Shown here piece after piece: positions 1 through 7,727 of a stretch of DNA of 64,000 nucleotides. Position 1 is the stretch's first letter. Each line of letters begins with the position of its first letter. The translations under genes and the position numbers were made by a program. Under the pieces are notes generated by a model. It searched no databases. It was not told the DNA's origin and saw only the letters and a program-made list of their open reading frames with translations. Source of the stretch: Myxococcales bacterium (lineage in GTDB: Bacteria > Myxococcota > Myxococcia > Myxococcales > UBA5297); assembly GCA_036504155.1 (NCBI GenBank), contig DASXVQ010000068.1:57463-121462 (forward strand), read 5' to 3'.

Positions 1-1
1 C

Positions 2-106
2 GCGATGCAGGCGCAGCTGGGCGAGGGGATGCGGGTGGTGGGCGCGCTCAAGGCCACCTTCGACCCCCGGGGCATCCTCAACCCCGGCAAGCAGGGGGCG
101 CCGTGA
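2..106 (+). CDS. 3' end of an FAD-linked oxidase (GlcD-like), truncated by window start
   Basis: The frame reads ...GALKATFDPRGILNPGKQGAP*. FDPxGILNPGK is the conserved C-terminal tail of FAD-linked (VAO-type) oxidases such as GlcD. The stop TGA 104-106 overlaps the next GTG (GTGA). Confidence 0.6.
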   Translation, partial: AMQAQLGEGMRVVGALKATFDPRGILNPGKQGAP

Positions 107-1158
107 CCGAGCCCGTGAGCACTCCGGCCTCGACCTCGGCGGTCGACCTGGCGGCCCTCGAGGAGCTGGCGCGGCGCCATGCCGGCGTCGCCACCCGGGT
201 GGTCGGCGGGCGGGTGCTGCTGGTCCCGGCCACGCCCCGCGAGGCGGCGCGGGCGCTGGCGGCGCGGGAGAAGCTGGGCGATCGGGCCGGTTCGGTCCTG
301 GTCAGCCTCGAGGCCTTCGACCGCATCGAGCCGCCCGACCCGGTCTCGGGCACGGTCCGCGCGGGCGCCAACGCCTCGGTCGGCGAGATCGAAGCCTCGC
401 TGCGCGGCTGGGGCCTGTCCCTGGGGGCGCTCTCCCCGCGGGCCCGCAACTCGACGCTGCGGGAGTGGCTCGAGGGACCGCACGCCGGCCTGCGGCCCGT
501 CGCGGGCAACCGGCTGGAGACGGCCGCCTCCCAGCTGACGGTGGCGCTGCGCGGCGGCGGCCTCTACGTCGGGCCCCCGACCGCTCGCGCCGCGCTCGGC
601 CCGGCGATCGATCGGGCGTTCCTCGGGCTTTGCGGCCAGGCGGGCATCGTGCTCGAGGCGAACCTGCGGGCCCTGGCGCGGCCCGACGTCCAGGCCATCG
701 TGCACGCCGCGGTCGACCGCCCCGAGGACGTGACCGCGCTGCTGCGCGCCGCGCTGCGCGCCGAGGTGCCGGTCTCCGAGGCCCAGGTGCAGCGCAAGTC
801 GCGCGGGTACCTCGTCGACCTGCTCGTGACCAGCCACGCCTTCCGCGCCCGCCGCGATCGGACGGTGCTCGAGGAGCTGGTGGCGCAGCGCGGCGAGACG
901 CGCACCATGCGCCGGGTCTACGAGCGCGAGCTCCCGTTCGAGGGCGAGCTGGCCTGGGAGCGGCTGCCCTTCGCCATCGCCCAGTCGGGGCCGATGGGCC
1001 TGTACCGGCTCTCGCGCGAGAGCGTGGTGGTCGCCGCCGACGAGCCGGTCAAGGGCGCCATCGATTTCTCCGCCTCGCCCGCGCCGCTGCCCGAGGCCTT
1101 CCTGGGCGCGCTGGGCGCGGCGGTGCTGCCGGGCCTGGTCCCGGAGGACGCCTCGTGA
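103..1158 (+). CDS. GlcE-like FAD-binding oxidase subunit (assigned mainly by position)
   Basis: 351-aa ORF with GTGA overlaps at both ends (103-106 and 1155-1158). It sits between a GlcD-like tail and a GlcF-like Fe-S protein, as in glcDEF-type sets. I recognised no diagnostic motif in the sequence itself. Confidence 0.55.
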   Translation: MTEPVSTPASTSAVDLAALEELARRHAGVATRVVGGRVLLVPATPREAARALAAREKLGDRAGSVLVSLEAFDRIEPPDPVSGTVRAGANASVGEIEASLRGWGLSLGALSPRARNSTLREWLEGPHAGLRPVAGNRLETAASQLTVALRGGGLYVGPPTARAALGPAIDRAFLGLCGQAGIVLEANLRALARPDVQAIVHAAVDRPEDVTALLRAALRAEVPVSEAQVQRKSRGYLVDLLVTSHAFRARRDRTVLEELVAQRGETRTMRRVYERELPFEGELAWERLPFAIAQSGPMGLYRLSRESVVVAADEPVKGAIDFSASPAPLPEAFLGALGAAVLPGLVPEDAS

Positions 1159-2255
1159 GCCCGCTCTCCGACCACCGCCGCTCCGTCTCCTACTGCGACT
1201 CCTGCCAGAAGCTGTGCACCTTCGCCTGCCCGGTCTCCGGGGCCACGGGCAAGGAAGCGCAGACGCCGGCGGGCAAGATGACCGCCGCGCACCAGCACCT
1301 GACCGGGGCGCGCCCCCTCGACGACGACGGCGCCAGCGCGCTGTACGCCTGCACCTCCTGCGGCCGCTGCACCGCGCACTGCCGGCACGAGAGCCCGGTG
1401 GGCGCGGCGCTGTTCGAGGCCCGGGTCGAGGCGGTGGAGGAGGGCGAGGCGCCCAAGGCCGTCGAGGAGCTGCGCGAGCGCTTCGCCTCCGGCAACCCCT
1501 ACGGCGCGGACCTCGCCGCCTGCGCCCGGTCGATCTCGCGGGAGACCGAGGGCCGCGCCTTCTTCCCCGGCTGCACCGCGCTGGCCCGCGAGCCGCAGAT
1601 GGCCCGCGCGGCGATGAACGCCGCCGCCGGGTTCGGGGTGCGCCTGACGCTGACCTCGGCCAGCCGGCGCTGCTGCGGCCATCCGCTGTGGGCCGCGGGC
1701 CTGCGCCCGGAGTTCGAGGAGCACGCCGAGGCCTTCGCCAAGGAGGTCGAGGACCTCTCGGAGCTCGTCGTCAGCGACCCGGGTTGCGCGGTGGCGCTGA
1801 CCAAGGCCTATCCCCAGGTCGGCGTGAACCTGAAGCCGAAGATCGTCCTGCTGGTCGACCTGCTCGCCGACCGGCTGGAGTACGCCTTCGGCCGCGCCCC
1901 GCTGCGCATGAACGTGGCCTACCACGACGCCTGCCAGCTGGGCCGCGTGCTGGGCCGCTACGAGGGCCCGCGCCGCCTGCTGCGCGCGGCGGTGGGCGAC
2001 TTCGCCGAGGCCCCCGAGCACCACGAAGACTCGGGCTGCTCGGGGGGCGGGGGCCTGTTGCCGCTGACGATGCCGGAGGTGGCCCTGGACGTCGCGCGGC
2101 GCCAGGCGGAGGCGATGGGGGAGCCGGGCCTGCGCATCGTCACCGGGTGCCCATCGGCCTGCCGCAACTTCCGCCGCGCAGGGGTGGATGCCTTGGAACT
2201 GTTCACAGTCCTGGAGCGCTGGGTGGCCGCGCGCGACGAAGACCTCGAGCGCTGA
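1155..2255 (+). CDS. (Fe-S)-binding protein, GlcF / heterodisulfide-reductase-D-like
   Basis: Two ferredoxin-type clusters (CDSCQKLCTFACP, CTSCGRCTAHCRHESP) are followed by Cys-rich CCG-type regions (RRCCGHP, DSGCSGGGG). The real start is taken as GTG 1155 inside the longer 465..2255 ORF, whose N-terminal part is Arg/Pro/Gly-rich and out of frame over the previous gene. Confidence 0.75.
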   Translation: MSPLSDHRRSVSYCDSCQKLCTFACPVSGATGKEAQTPAGKMTAAHQHLTGARPLDDDGASALYACTSCGRCTAHCRHESPVGAALFEARVEAVEEGEAPKAVEELRERFASGNPYGADLAACARSISRETEGRAFFPGCTALAREPQMARAAMNAAAGFGVRLTLTSASRRCCGHPLWAAGLRPEFEEHAEAFAKEVEDLSELVVSDPGCAVALTKAYPQVGVNLKPKIVLLVDLLADRLEYAFGRAPLRMNVAYHDACQLGRVLGRYEGPRRLLRAAVGDFAEAPEHHEDSGCSGGGGLLPLTMPEVALDVARRQAEAMGEPGLRIVTGCPSACRNFRRAGVDALELFTVLERWVAARDEDLER

Positions 2256-2272
2256 GCTATCCTCCTTCGCCT

Positions 2273-3220
2273 ATGGCCCAACTCAAGACCTTCCTGGTGG
2301 TCAATCCCCACAGCGGCAACGGCGCGACCGGCCGCCGCTTCGACGAGATCGCCCGAGAGGTCCACGCCGCCATCGGCGAGTGCGGCCGGGCCTTCACCGA
2401 GCGCCCCGGGCACGCCATCGAGATCGCGCGCCGGGCGGCCCTGGACGGCTACCAGTGCGTGGTGGCGGTCGGCGGCGACGGCACCACCAACGAGGTGGCC
2501 AACGGCCTGCTCGACGAGAAGGGCGGGCTGGTGCGCCCGGGCGTGGCGCTGGGGGTGATCCCGCGCGGCACCGGCGGCGACTTCCGCAAGACCTTCGGCT
2601 GGAGCGCCAGCCTGCCCGAGGCGGCGTGGCGGCTGCGCGGCGACGCGGTGCGGGCCATCGACGCCGGGCGCATCACCTTCCTCGACCACGACGGCGTCGA
2701 GCGCTCGCGCTACTTCGTCAACATCGCCTCGGTCGGCATCTCCGGCCTGGTCGACCGCGAGGTGAACCGGGCGAGCAAGGCGCTGGGCGGCAAGGTCTCC
2801 TTCGCGCTGGGCTCGCTCAAGGCGCTCTGGCGCTACCGCGACGTGCCGATGCGGGTGAGCTTCGACGGCGGGCCGCCGCGGACCCAGCCCTCGAGCCTGG
2901 TGGCGGTGGCCAACGGCCAGTACTTCGGCGGCGGCATGTGGATCGCCCCCAAGGCCGTGCCCGACGACGGCGTCTTCGACGTGACCCAGTGGACCGGCGT
3001 GTCGCTCAAGGACTTCGTCTTCGACAGCAAGGCCATCTACGACGGCAGCCACGTGGACCTGCCGAACACGAAGTGCGGGCGGGCGAAGACGGTGCGCATC
3101 GAGGCCGAGGGCGGCGCCGAGGTGCTGCTGGACGTCGACGGCGAGCAGCCCGGCCGGCTCCCGGCGACGGTGGAGATTCTGCCCCTGGCGCTGCGGCTCA
3201 AGGTGGCGCCGGCGACCTGA
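2273..3220 (+). CDS. diacylglycerol/lipid kinase family protein (YegS/BmrU type)
   Basis: ATG at 2273 (MAQLKTFLVVNPHSGNG...). The motifs VVAVGGDGTTNEVANGL and GVIPRGTGGDF are typical of the DAGK catalytic domain. The upstream part of ORF 1214..3220 is a shadow ORF. Confidence 0.85.
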   Translation: MAQLKTFLVVNPHSGNGATGRRFDEIAREVHAAIGECGRAFTERPGHAIEIARRAALDGYQCVVAVGGDGTTNEVANGLLDEKGGLVRPGVALGVIPRGTGGDFRKTFGWSASLPEAAWRLRGDAVRAIDAGRITFLDHDGVERSRYFVNIASVGISGLVDREVNRASKALGGKVSFALGSLKALWRYRDVPMRVSFDGGPPRTQPSSLVAVANGQYFGGGMWIAPKAVPDDGVFDVTQWTGVSLKDFVFDSKAIYDGSHVDLPNTKCGRAKTVRIEAEGGAEVLLDVDGEQPGRLPATVEILPLALRLKVAPAT

Positions 3221-3247
3221 GGCCTGGGAGTAGAGGGCCGCTTTCGA

Positions 3248-3329
3248 CGCCAAGGCGCCAAGGTCGCCAAGGTCGCCAAGGTCGCCAAGGTTTTTTTCTT
3301 GGCGCCTTGGCCCGCTGGGCGCCTTGGCG
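3248..3329. repeat. nested 8-mer repeat array: five direct CGCCAAGG units, a T7 run, then three inverted CCTTGGCG-like units (capable of a long hairpin)
   Basis: Direct units at 3248-3255, 3256-3263, 3265-3272, 3274-3281 and 3283-3290. T7 at 3291-3297. Inverted units at 3298-3304 (7/8), 3305-3312 (7/8) and 3322-3329 (8/8). The array lies 28 nt after the lipid-kinase stop. Confidence 0.8.
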
Positions 3330-3523
3330 TTTCAAGAGAAGTTCTCCGCGGGTCCCGCACGAGGGGCCGCGGGCTTTCGGGTGGAATCATCGGCCCCTCC
3401 CCGTGTTGCTCGAACGGGGCGAGGCCACGCGGACACCTCGAGCGCAGGGCAGGGTCGAATTGACCGCGGCCCCGCGCGGTCCGTACAGTCGGTTCCGGCG
3501 TGGCCGAAGAGGAGGAACAATCG

Positions 3524-4429
3524 ATGCGCGGCCTGGTGATGACTCTGGTGTTTCTGCTGTCGGCCCCTGCTCTGGCGGGCGAGATGGTGCCCCTGGTCAG
3601 CGAAGGGAAGCTGGCCGAGCTGTGTTCGGCGCTGCAGCCCGCGGAGCGGCAGGTCTTCACCGGGAGCGCGACGGCCAAGAGCCAGGCCAAGGCGAGCTTC
3701 GAGAAGGAGCACGACCGGCTCAAGAAGACGGTCTTCCTGCTCGAGCTGACCTGGGGCGGCTTCACGGTGGGCGAGTGGGACGAGGCGGAGAAGACGGTGA
3801 CGCTGGCCACCGAGAAGCCCTTCCGGGCCTTCAACGGCGCGCTGGCCCTCTTCGACGCCGGCCGCGAGGACATCGAGCTGGAGGCGGTCGAGTCGGAGAT
3901 CGAGGCGCTCAAGGCGGGGCTGGCCAAGGGCACGCTGTCCCTGGCGCTGATGTTCAAGCCGGCGGAGGAGGAGGGCGCGCCCTGCGTGGTCAGCAAGGCC
4001 AAGAGCTACGCCTTCTCCATCGACCTGGTCGGCGCCGAGCTGCGCGCGAACGGCAAGGCCGTCGCCCGCTCCACCAAGGACGATCTGCAGCCGCTGCCGA
4101 CGGCGCACGGCAAGCCCACCGTCGAGATCCGCTCGGCCTCCCAGGACTGCGGCGAGTGCAAGCCCGAGGTGGTGGACGGGGTGGGCAAGACGCTGCCCGA
4201 GCTGTCCAAGTGCTATGAGGCGGCGCTGGCCAAGAAGGGCACGCTCGACGGCTCGTACGTCTTCACGGTGAGCTCCGGCAAGCAGGGCGAGCTGAAGGTG
4301 GGCCTGGTCATCGCCGACAGCGTGGACAACCCGGAGCTGCTCGCGTGCGCCAAGGCCGCCATCGCCACGGGGTCGTCTTCGATCAAGGGCGGGCTCGCCC
4401 AGGTGCTGGTGGAGTTCTCGCGGAAGTAG
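3524..4429 (+). CDS. secreted hypothetical protein (signal peptide; Cys-containing C-terminal domain, possibly AgmX/PglI-type, tentative)
   Basis: GAGGAGGA lies 7 nt upstream of ATG 3524. MRGLVMTLVFLLSAPALAGE is a signal peptide. The balanced Lys/Glu composition contrasts with the overlapping Arg/Pro-rich shadow ORFs. Confidence 0.65.
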   Translation: MRGLVMTLVFLLSAPALAGEMVPLVSEGKLAELCSALQPAERQVFTGSATAKSQAKASFEKEHDRLKKTVFLLELTWGGFTVGEWDEAEKTVTLATEKPFRAFNGALALFDAGREDIELEAVESEIEALKAGLAKGTLSLALMFKPAEEEGAPCVVSKAKSYAFSIDLVGAELRANGKAVARSTKDDLQPLPTAHGKPTVEIRSASQDCGECKPEVVDGVGKTLPELSKCYEAALAKKGTLDGSYVFTVSSGKQGELKVGLVIADSVDNPELLACAKAAIATGSSSIKGGLAQVLVEFSRK

Positions 4430-4470
4430 TCCCTCTTGCGCCGAGCGCGGCCGTGTAGAATCCGCGGCCC

Positions 4471-6456
4471 ATGGCGTCCCGACGCGAGAGGAACAAGAAG
4501 GCGCAGGCGGCCCCCGCCGCGCCCGCCAATCCGCTGCTGGCACCGGCGATCGCCACCGCGGCGCTGCTGGTCGTCGCCGCGTTCGAGGGCGGGCCGCTGG
4601 GCTTCCTGCCGCACCTCCTGCGCTGGCCCCTGGTCGCCGCCGGCGCGCTGCCGTTCTGGCTGCCCCACCTCGACCGGCGCGGGCTGAAGTGGCCGGCCTG
4701 GGCGCCGGCCGCGGCGGAGGCCTGCTGCCTGGTCCTGGTCTTCGGGACCTACCTGCTGTTCAAGACCGTGGGCATCCACGGCAGCGACACCGACGAGAAC
4801 ATCTACTTCTACATGGCGCAGCGCCTGGCCCAGGGCGCGGTGCCGTACCGCGACTTCTTCTTCGCCCACCCGCCCGTCCACCTGCTCGTCCCGGCGCTCG
4901 TCTTCAAGGTCGTCGGCTTCTCGCTGCCGCTGGCCAAGCTCGTCGCGCCCTCGGCGCAGGTGGTCGCCGCCGCCTGCCTGTACCTGGCCATCCGCAAGGC
5001 CTCGCGGCCGATGGCCGTGCTGGCGGTCCTGTTCCACCTGACCGCCTACGAAGTGCTGATGGGCTCGTCGGACATGGACGGCGAGAACATCCTCACCGCC
5101 TTCCTGGGCCTCGCGGTGCTCTTCGCCGTCCGCGGCCGCCCGCTGGCCGCCGGCATCGCCGCCGGGCTGGCGCTGGGGACCGGGATGTACGCCCTGGCCG
5201 GCGCCCTGGCGCTGATGGTGGCCTTCGCGGGGACCTCGTGGCGGGCGACGGCGTGGTACGCGGCGGGCCTGGTCGGCTGCGTGGCGCTGTGGAACGGCGT
5301 CTTCGGCGCGCTGGGCGGCCAGGGCTTCGTCGACGGCGTCTACCGCTACCACTTCGCCAAGGCCGCCTCGGGCGACCACATCTCTCTCTTCGCCTCGGCC
5401 AACCCGATCACCTTCGTCTCGGCCTACCTGCACGACCTCGGCGTCTTCCTGGGCGGCCGGGTCTTCGGCAAGTCGGTCTTCTGGCACACCTCGCTCTACG
5501 TCGCCTTCGCGCTCGGCACCGCGCTCGCCGTCGGCCCGGCGCTGGCGCAGCCCGCGGGGACCGGGCCGCTGCGCAAGGGCTTCCGCAGGCTCCTGGCCTC
5601 GATGCTCTCCGGGACGCCGCAGGGCCTGGCGCTGCTGGGCGCGCTCGCCGGGCTGCTGTACCTGCTGCAGTGGGCCGCGCTCAACGAGGTCTACGACTTC
5701 TACCTCGTCCCGCAGATGGCGCTGATGGCGCTGCCCGCGGGCTGGGCGCTGGTGCGCATCGTCGAGCTCGGCAGGGGCGCGGCCGATCCCCGGGGACTGG
5801 CGCTGGCGGGCGCGCTGGCGGCGGTCTTCTGCCTGCACACCGGGCTCTCCCACGCCATCCACGACGACCTGTGGCCCGAGGAGCTTCGCGATCGCGGCCA
5901 GGTCGCCAGCTACACCTGGCGCGACCCCATCGCGCTGACCGGGCCGGCGCAGCTCGCCCGCGCCTTGTTCTTCAAGGACCAGCGGCTCAAGGGCGAGCCC
6001 AACCCGCCGTACCGGCACTACATCTGGAACAAGGCGCTGGCCTTCTCCACGGCCCCGGAGCTGGCCGCGTACGTCGCGGCCAACACCGCCCCCGACGAGA
6101 CGATCAGCGGCGCCTCCACCACCACGCCGCTGGTGGCGCTGCTCGCCGGGCGCCGCGTCGCGGGCGACGAGGCCGACACCAACAACAAGCGCTTCCGCAG
6201 CGGGATGCTCAGCGACCGCGCCTACTGGGACGAGGTCTGCTCCGACAAGATCAAGTTCATCCTGGCCTTCCCGCGCTCGCGCTTCACGGTCGAGTACATG
6301 GACCGCGACCCCACCGCCCGCCGCTTCTTCGAGAGGGACCGGACCTTCCAGGACCCGCTCCTGAAGCACTTCCGTTCGGAGACCCTCCAGCTCTTCCGGC
6401 GCCGGGACGGGGTGGGGGGCCTGCCCGACGGAAGGGTCTGCGCGCTCGTCGAATGA
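4471..6456 (+). CDS. large polytopic membrane protein, GT-C-type glycosyltransferase-like (ArnT/PMT family 39/83-like)
   Basis: 661 aa with a basic N-terminus and more than 10 hydrophobic helices. The first-loop acidic motif SDTDENIYFY resembles the DE/DxD loop motif of GT-C enzymes. A soluble C-terminal domain follows. Confidence 0.65.
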   Translation: MASRRERNKKAQAAPAAPANPLLAPAIATAALLVVAAFEGGPLGFLPHLLRWPLVAAGALPFWLPHLDRRGLKWPAWAPAAAEACCLVLVFGTYLLFKTVGIHGSDTDENIYFYMAQRLAQGAVPYRDFFFAHPPVHLLVPALVFKVVGFSLPLAKLVAPSAQVVAAACLYLAIRKASRPMAVLAVLFHLTAYEVLMGSSDMDGENILTAFLGLAVLFAVRGRPLAAGIAAGLALGTGMYALAGALALMVAFAGTSWRATAWYAAGLVGCVALWNGVFGALGGQGFVDGVYRYHFAKAASGDHISLFASANPITFVSAYLHDLGVFLGGRVFGKSVFWHTSLYVAFALGTALAVGPALAQPAGTGPLRKGFRRLLASMLSGTPQGLALLGALAGLLYLLQWAALNEVYDFYLVPQMALMALPAGWALVRIVELGRGAADPRGLALAGALAAVFCLHTGLSHAIHDDLWPEELRDRGQVASYTWRDPIALTGPAQLARALFFKDQRLKGEPNPPYRHYIWNKALAFSTAPELAAYVAANTAPDETISGASTTTPLVALLAGRRVAGDEADTNNKRFRSGMLSDRAYWDEVCSDKIKFILAFPRSRFTVEYMDRDPTARRFFERDRTFQDPLLKHFRSETLQLFRRRDGVGGLPDGRVCALVE

Positions 6457-6472
6457 CCGAGGCGCTTGCCTG

Positions 6473-6832
6473 ATGCCGCGCCGGCAGGAGATCATCCGTC
6501 CTTCACCTGGAGGCATTCGCATCGAACCGAAGCGACAGAGCCCGCGCCTGAGGACTGCGCTGACCATCCGCCTCCCCGACGGTTGGTCGGGCGAGATCGT
6601 CGATCTGTCCGCCGGCGGCATGCGGGTGCGGACCATGGCGGTCATCCCCGTCGAGACGGTGATCGACGTGAAGATCGAGCACCGCGGCCGCATGATCCCC
6701 GCGCGCATGACCGTGGTGTGGGCCGAGCCGCCGAACTTCGACGTGGGCGAGCTGGGCGAGCTGGGCCTGCAGGTCGTGGAGGTCTCCGAGCCGTACCTGC
6801 AGCTCGCCGCCGAGCTCTTCGCCTATGACTGA
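6473..6832 (+). CDS. single-domain PilZ protein (c-di-GMP receptor type)
   Basis: Canonical RxxxR (RQSPR) and DxSxxG (DLSAGG) motifs about 25 aa apart. It starts 16 nt after the GT-C gene, and its stop overlaps the next start. Confidence 0.8.
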   Translation: MPRRQEIIRPSPGGIRIEPKRQSPRLRTALTIRLPDGWSGEIVDLSAGGMRVRTMAVIPVETVIDVKIEHRGRMIPARMTVVWAEPPNFDVGELGELGLQVVEVSEPYLQLAAELFAYD

Positions 6833-7631
6833 TCGCCTCGCGAGGCCGGCGTTCTGCCTCTGGCTGGGGTGGTTGGGGATGGCGGCGCTCGCGGCCAGCG
6901 GGTGCGCGACCACGGTGCCCCTCCAGACCGCCTCCACCGTGCCCGCCGGCGTCGTGCGCCTCTCGGGACAACTATCCAGCTCGCCGTGGTGCTCGGTCAC
7001 GACCGACCTGAAGAACTGCGCCTACTCGCCCGGCAACGGCAGCGTCTCGGTGCCGGAGCTGCGCCTGAACGGCCGCGTCGGCGTCCACGACCGGGTGGAC
7101 CTGGGCCTGTCCGCCTTCGCCAACTACGTGGTCGGCTCGGGCTTCCGCTGGGGCGGCCAGTTCGACGGCAAGGTCGAGCTCTGGCGCCGGGAGATCGAGC
7201 CGGGGCGCAAGCACGTCCTCTCCGCCGGACTGGGCTTGGGGCTCACCCGCCTGGACGACTCCCGGACCGGGAGGACCGAGGACCTGAGCTACCTGCAGAT
7301 GGACGTGGTGGTGCCGGTCCGCTACGGCTACCAGCTGGAGTCGATGGAGCTCTTCGGCGGGCCGCACTTCATCGAGCGCATCTCGTTCAATCCCCCGGGC
7401 ATCAAGGGCGTCGCCGAGGTCCCGTGGCTGGGGCTGAGCGCAGGTTTCGTGACGAGGGGAAAGGCCAAGTTCGGCCTGGCGCTCTCCTACGAGTCCCCGC
7501 TGCGCTTCTTCGACGGCGGCGCCTTCAGCGTCACCGCGGGCTTCCTGGTGGATCTGGGAGGAAAGCCCGGCGACCGCGACGCCGCTGTCAGGCCTCTTCA
7601 GGAACCTGCCGCGGCTTCGCCCGGTTCGTAG
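6825..7631 (+). CDS. lipoprotein, probable outer-membrane beta-barrel
   Basis: Lipobox LAASGC. Alternating hydrophobic beta-strand patterns with Gly/aromatic ends (VDLGLSAF, FGLALSYE, FSVTAGFLVDL). The start overlaps the PilZ stop (ATGACTGA). Confidence 0.65.
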   Translation: MTDRLARPAFCLWLGWLGMAALAASGCATTVPLQTASTVPAGVVRLSGQLSSSPWCSVTTDLKNCAYSPGNGSVSVPELRLNGRVGVHDRVDLGLSAFANYVVGSGFRWGGQFDGKVELWRREIEPGRKHVLSAGLGLGLTRLDDSRTGRTEDLSYLQMDVVVPVRYGYQLESMELFGGPHFIERISFNPPGIKGVAEVPWLGLSAGFVTRGKAKFGLALSYESPLRFFDGGAFSVTAGFLVDLGGKPGDRDAAVRPLQEPAAASPGS

Positions 7632-7727
7632 AGCCAAGCCCCCGTTTTCACTCGGGGATCATCAGTCCGGGCGTGGCACGCAGCTGGCACGGCTCGCCTG
7701 CGGTCCGACAACGAGAGTGAGGAGCCG

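Noticed and set aside
465-1154. N-terminal 230 aa of the 596-aa ORF 465..2255
   Set aside because: It is out of frame over the GlcE-like gene and Arg/Pro/Gly-rich. The Fe-S protein begins naturally at GTG 1155, which forms a GTGA overlap with the upstream stop.
3248-3329. Possible CRISPR array (also considered for 63515-64000)
   Set aside because: The repeat units are 8-9 nt with 0-1 nt between them, or 93-nt in-frame coding repeats. There are no unique spacers of 25-40 nt and no cas genes in the window.
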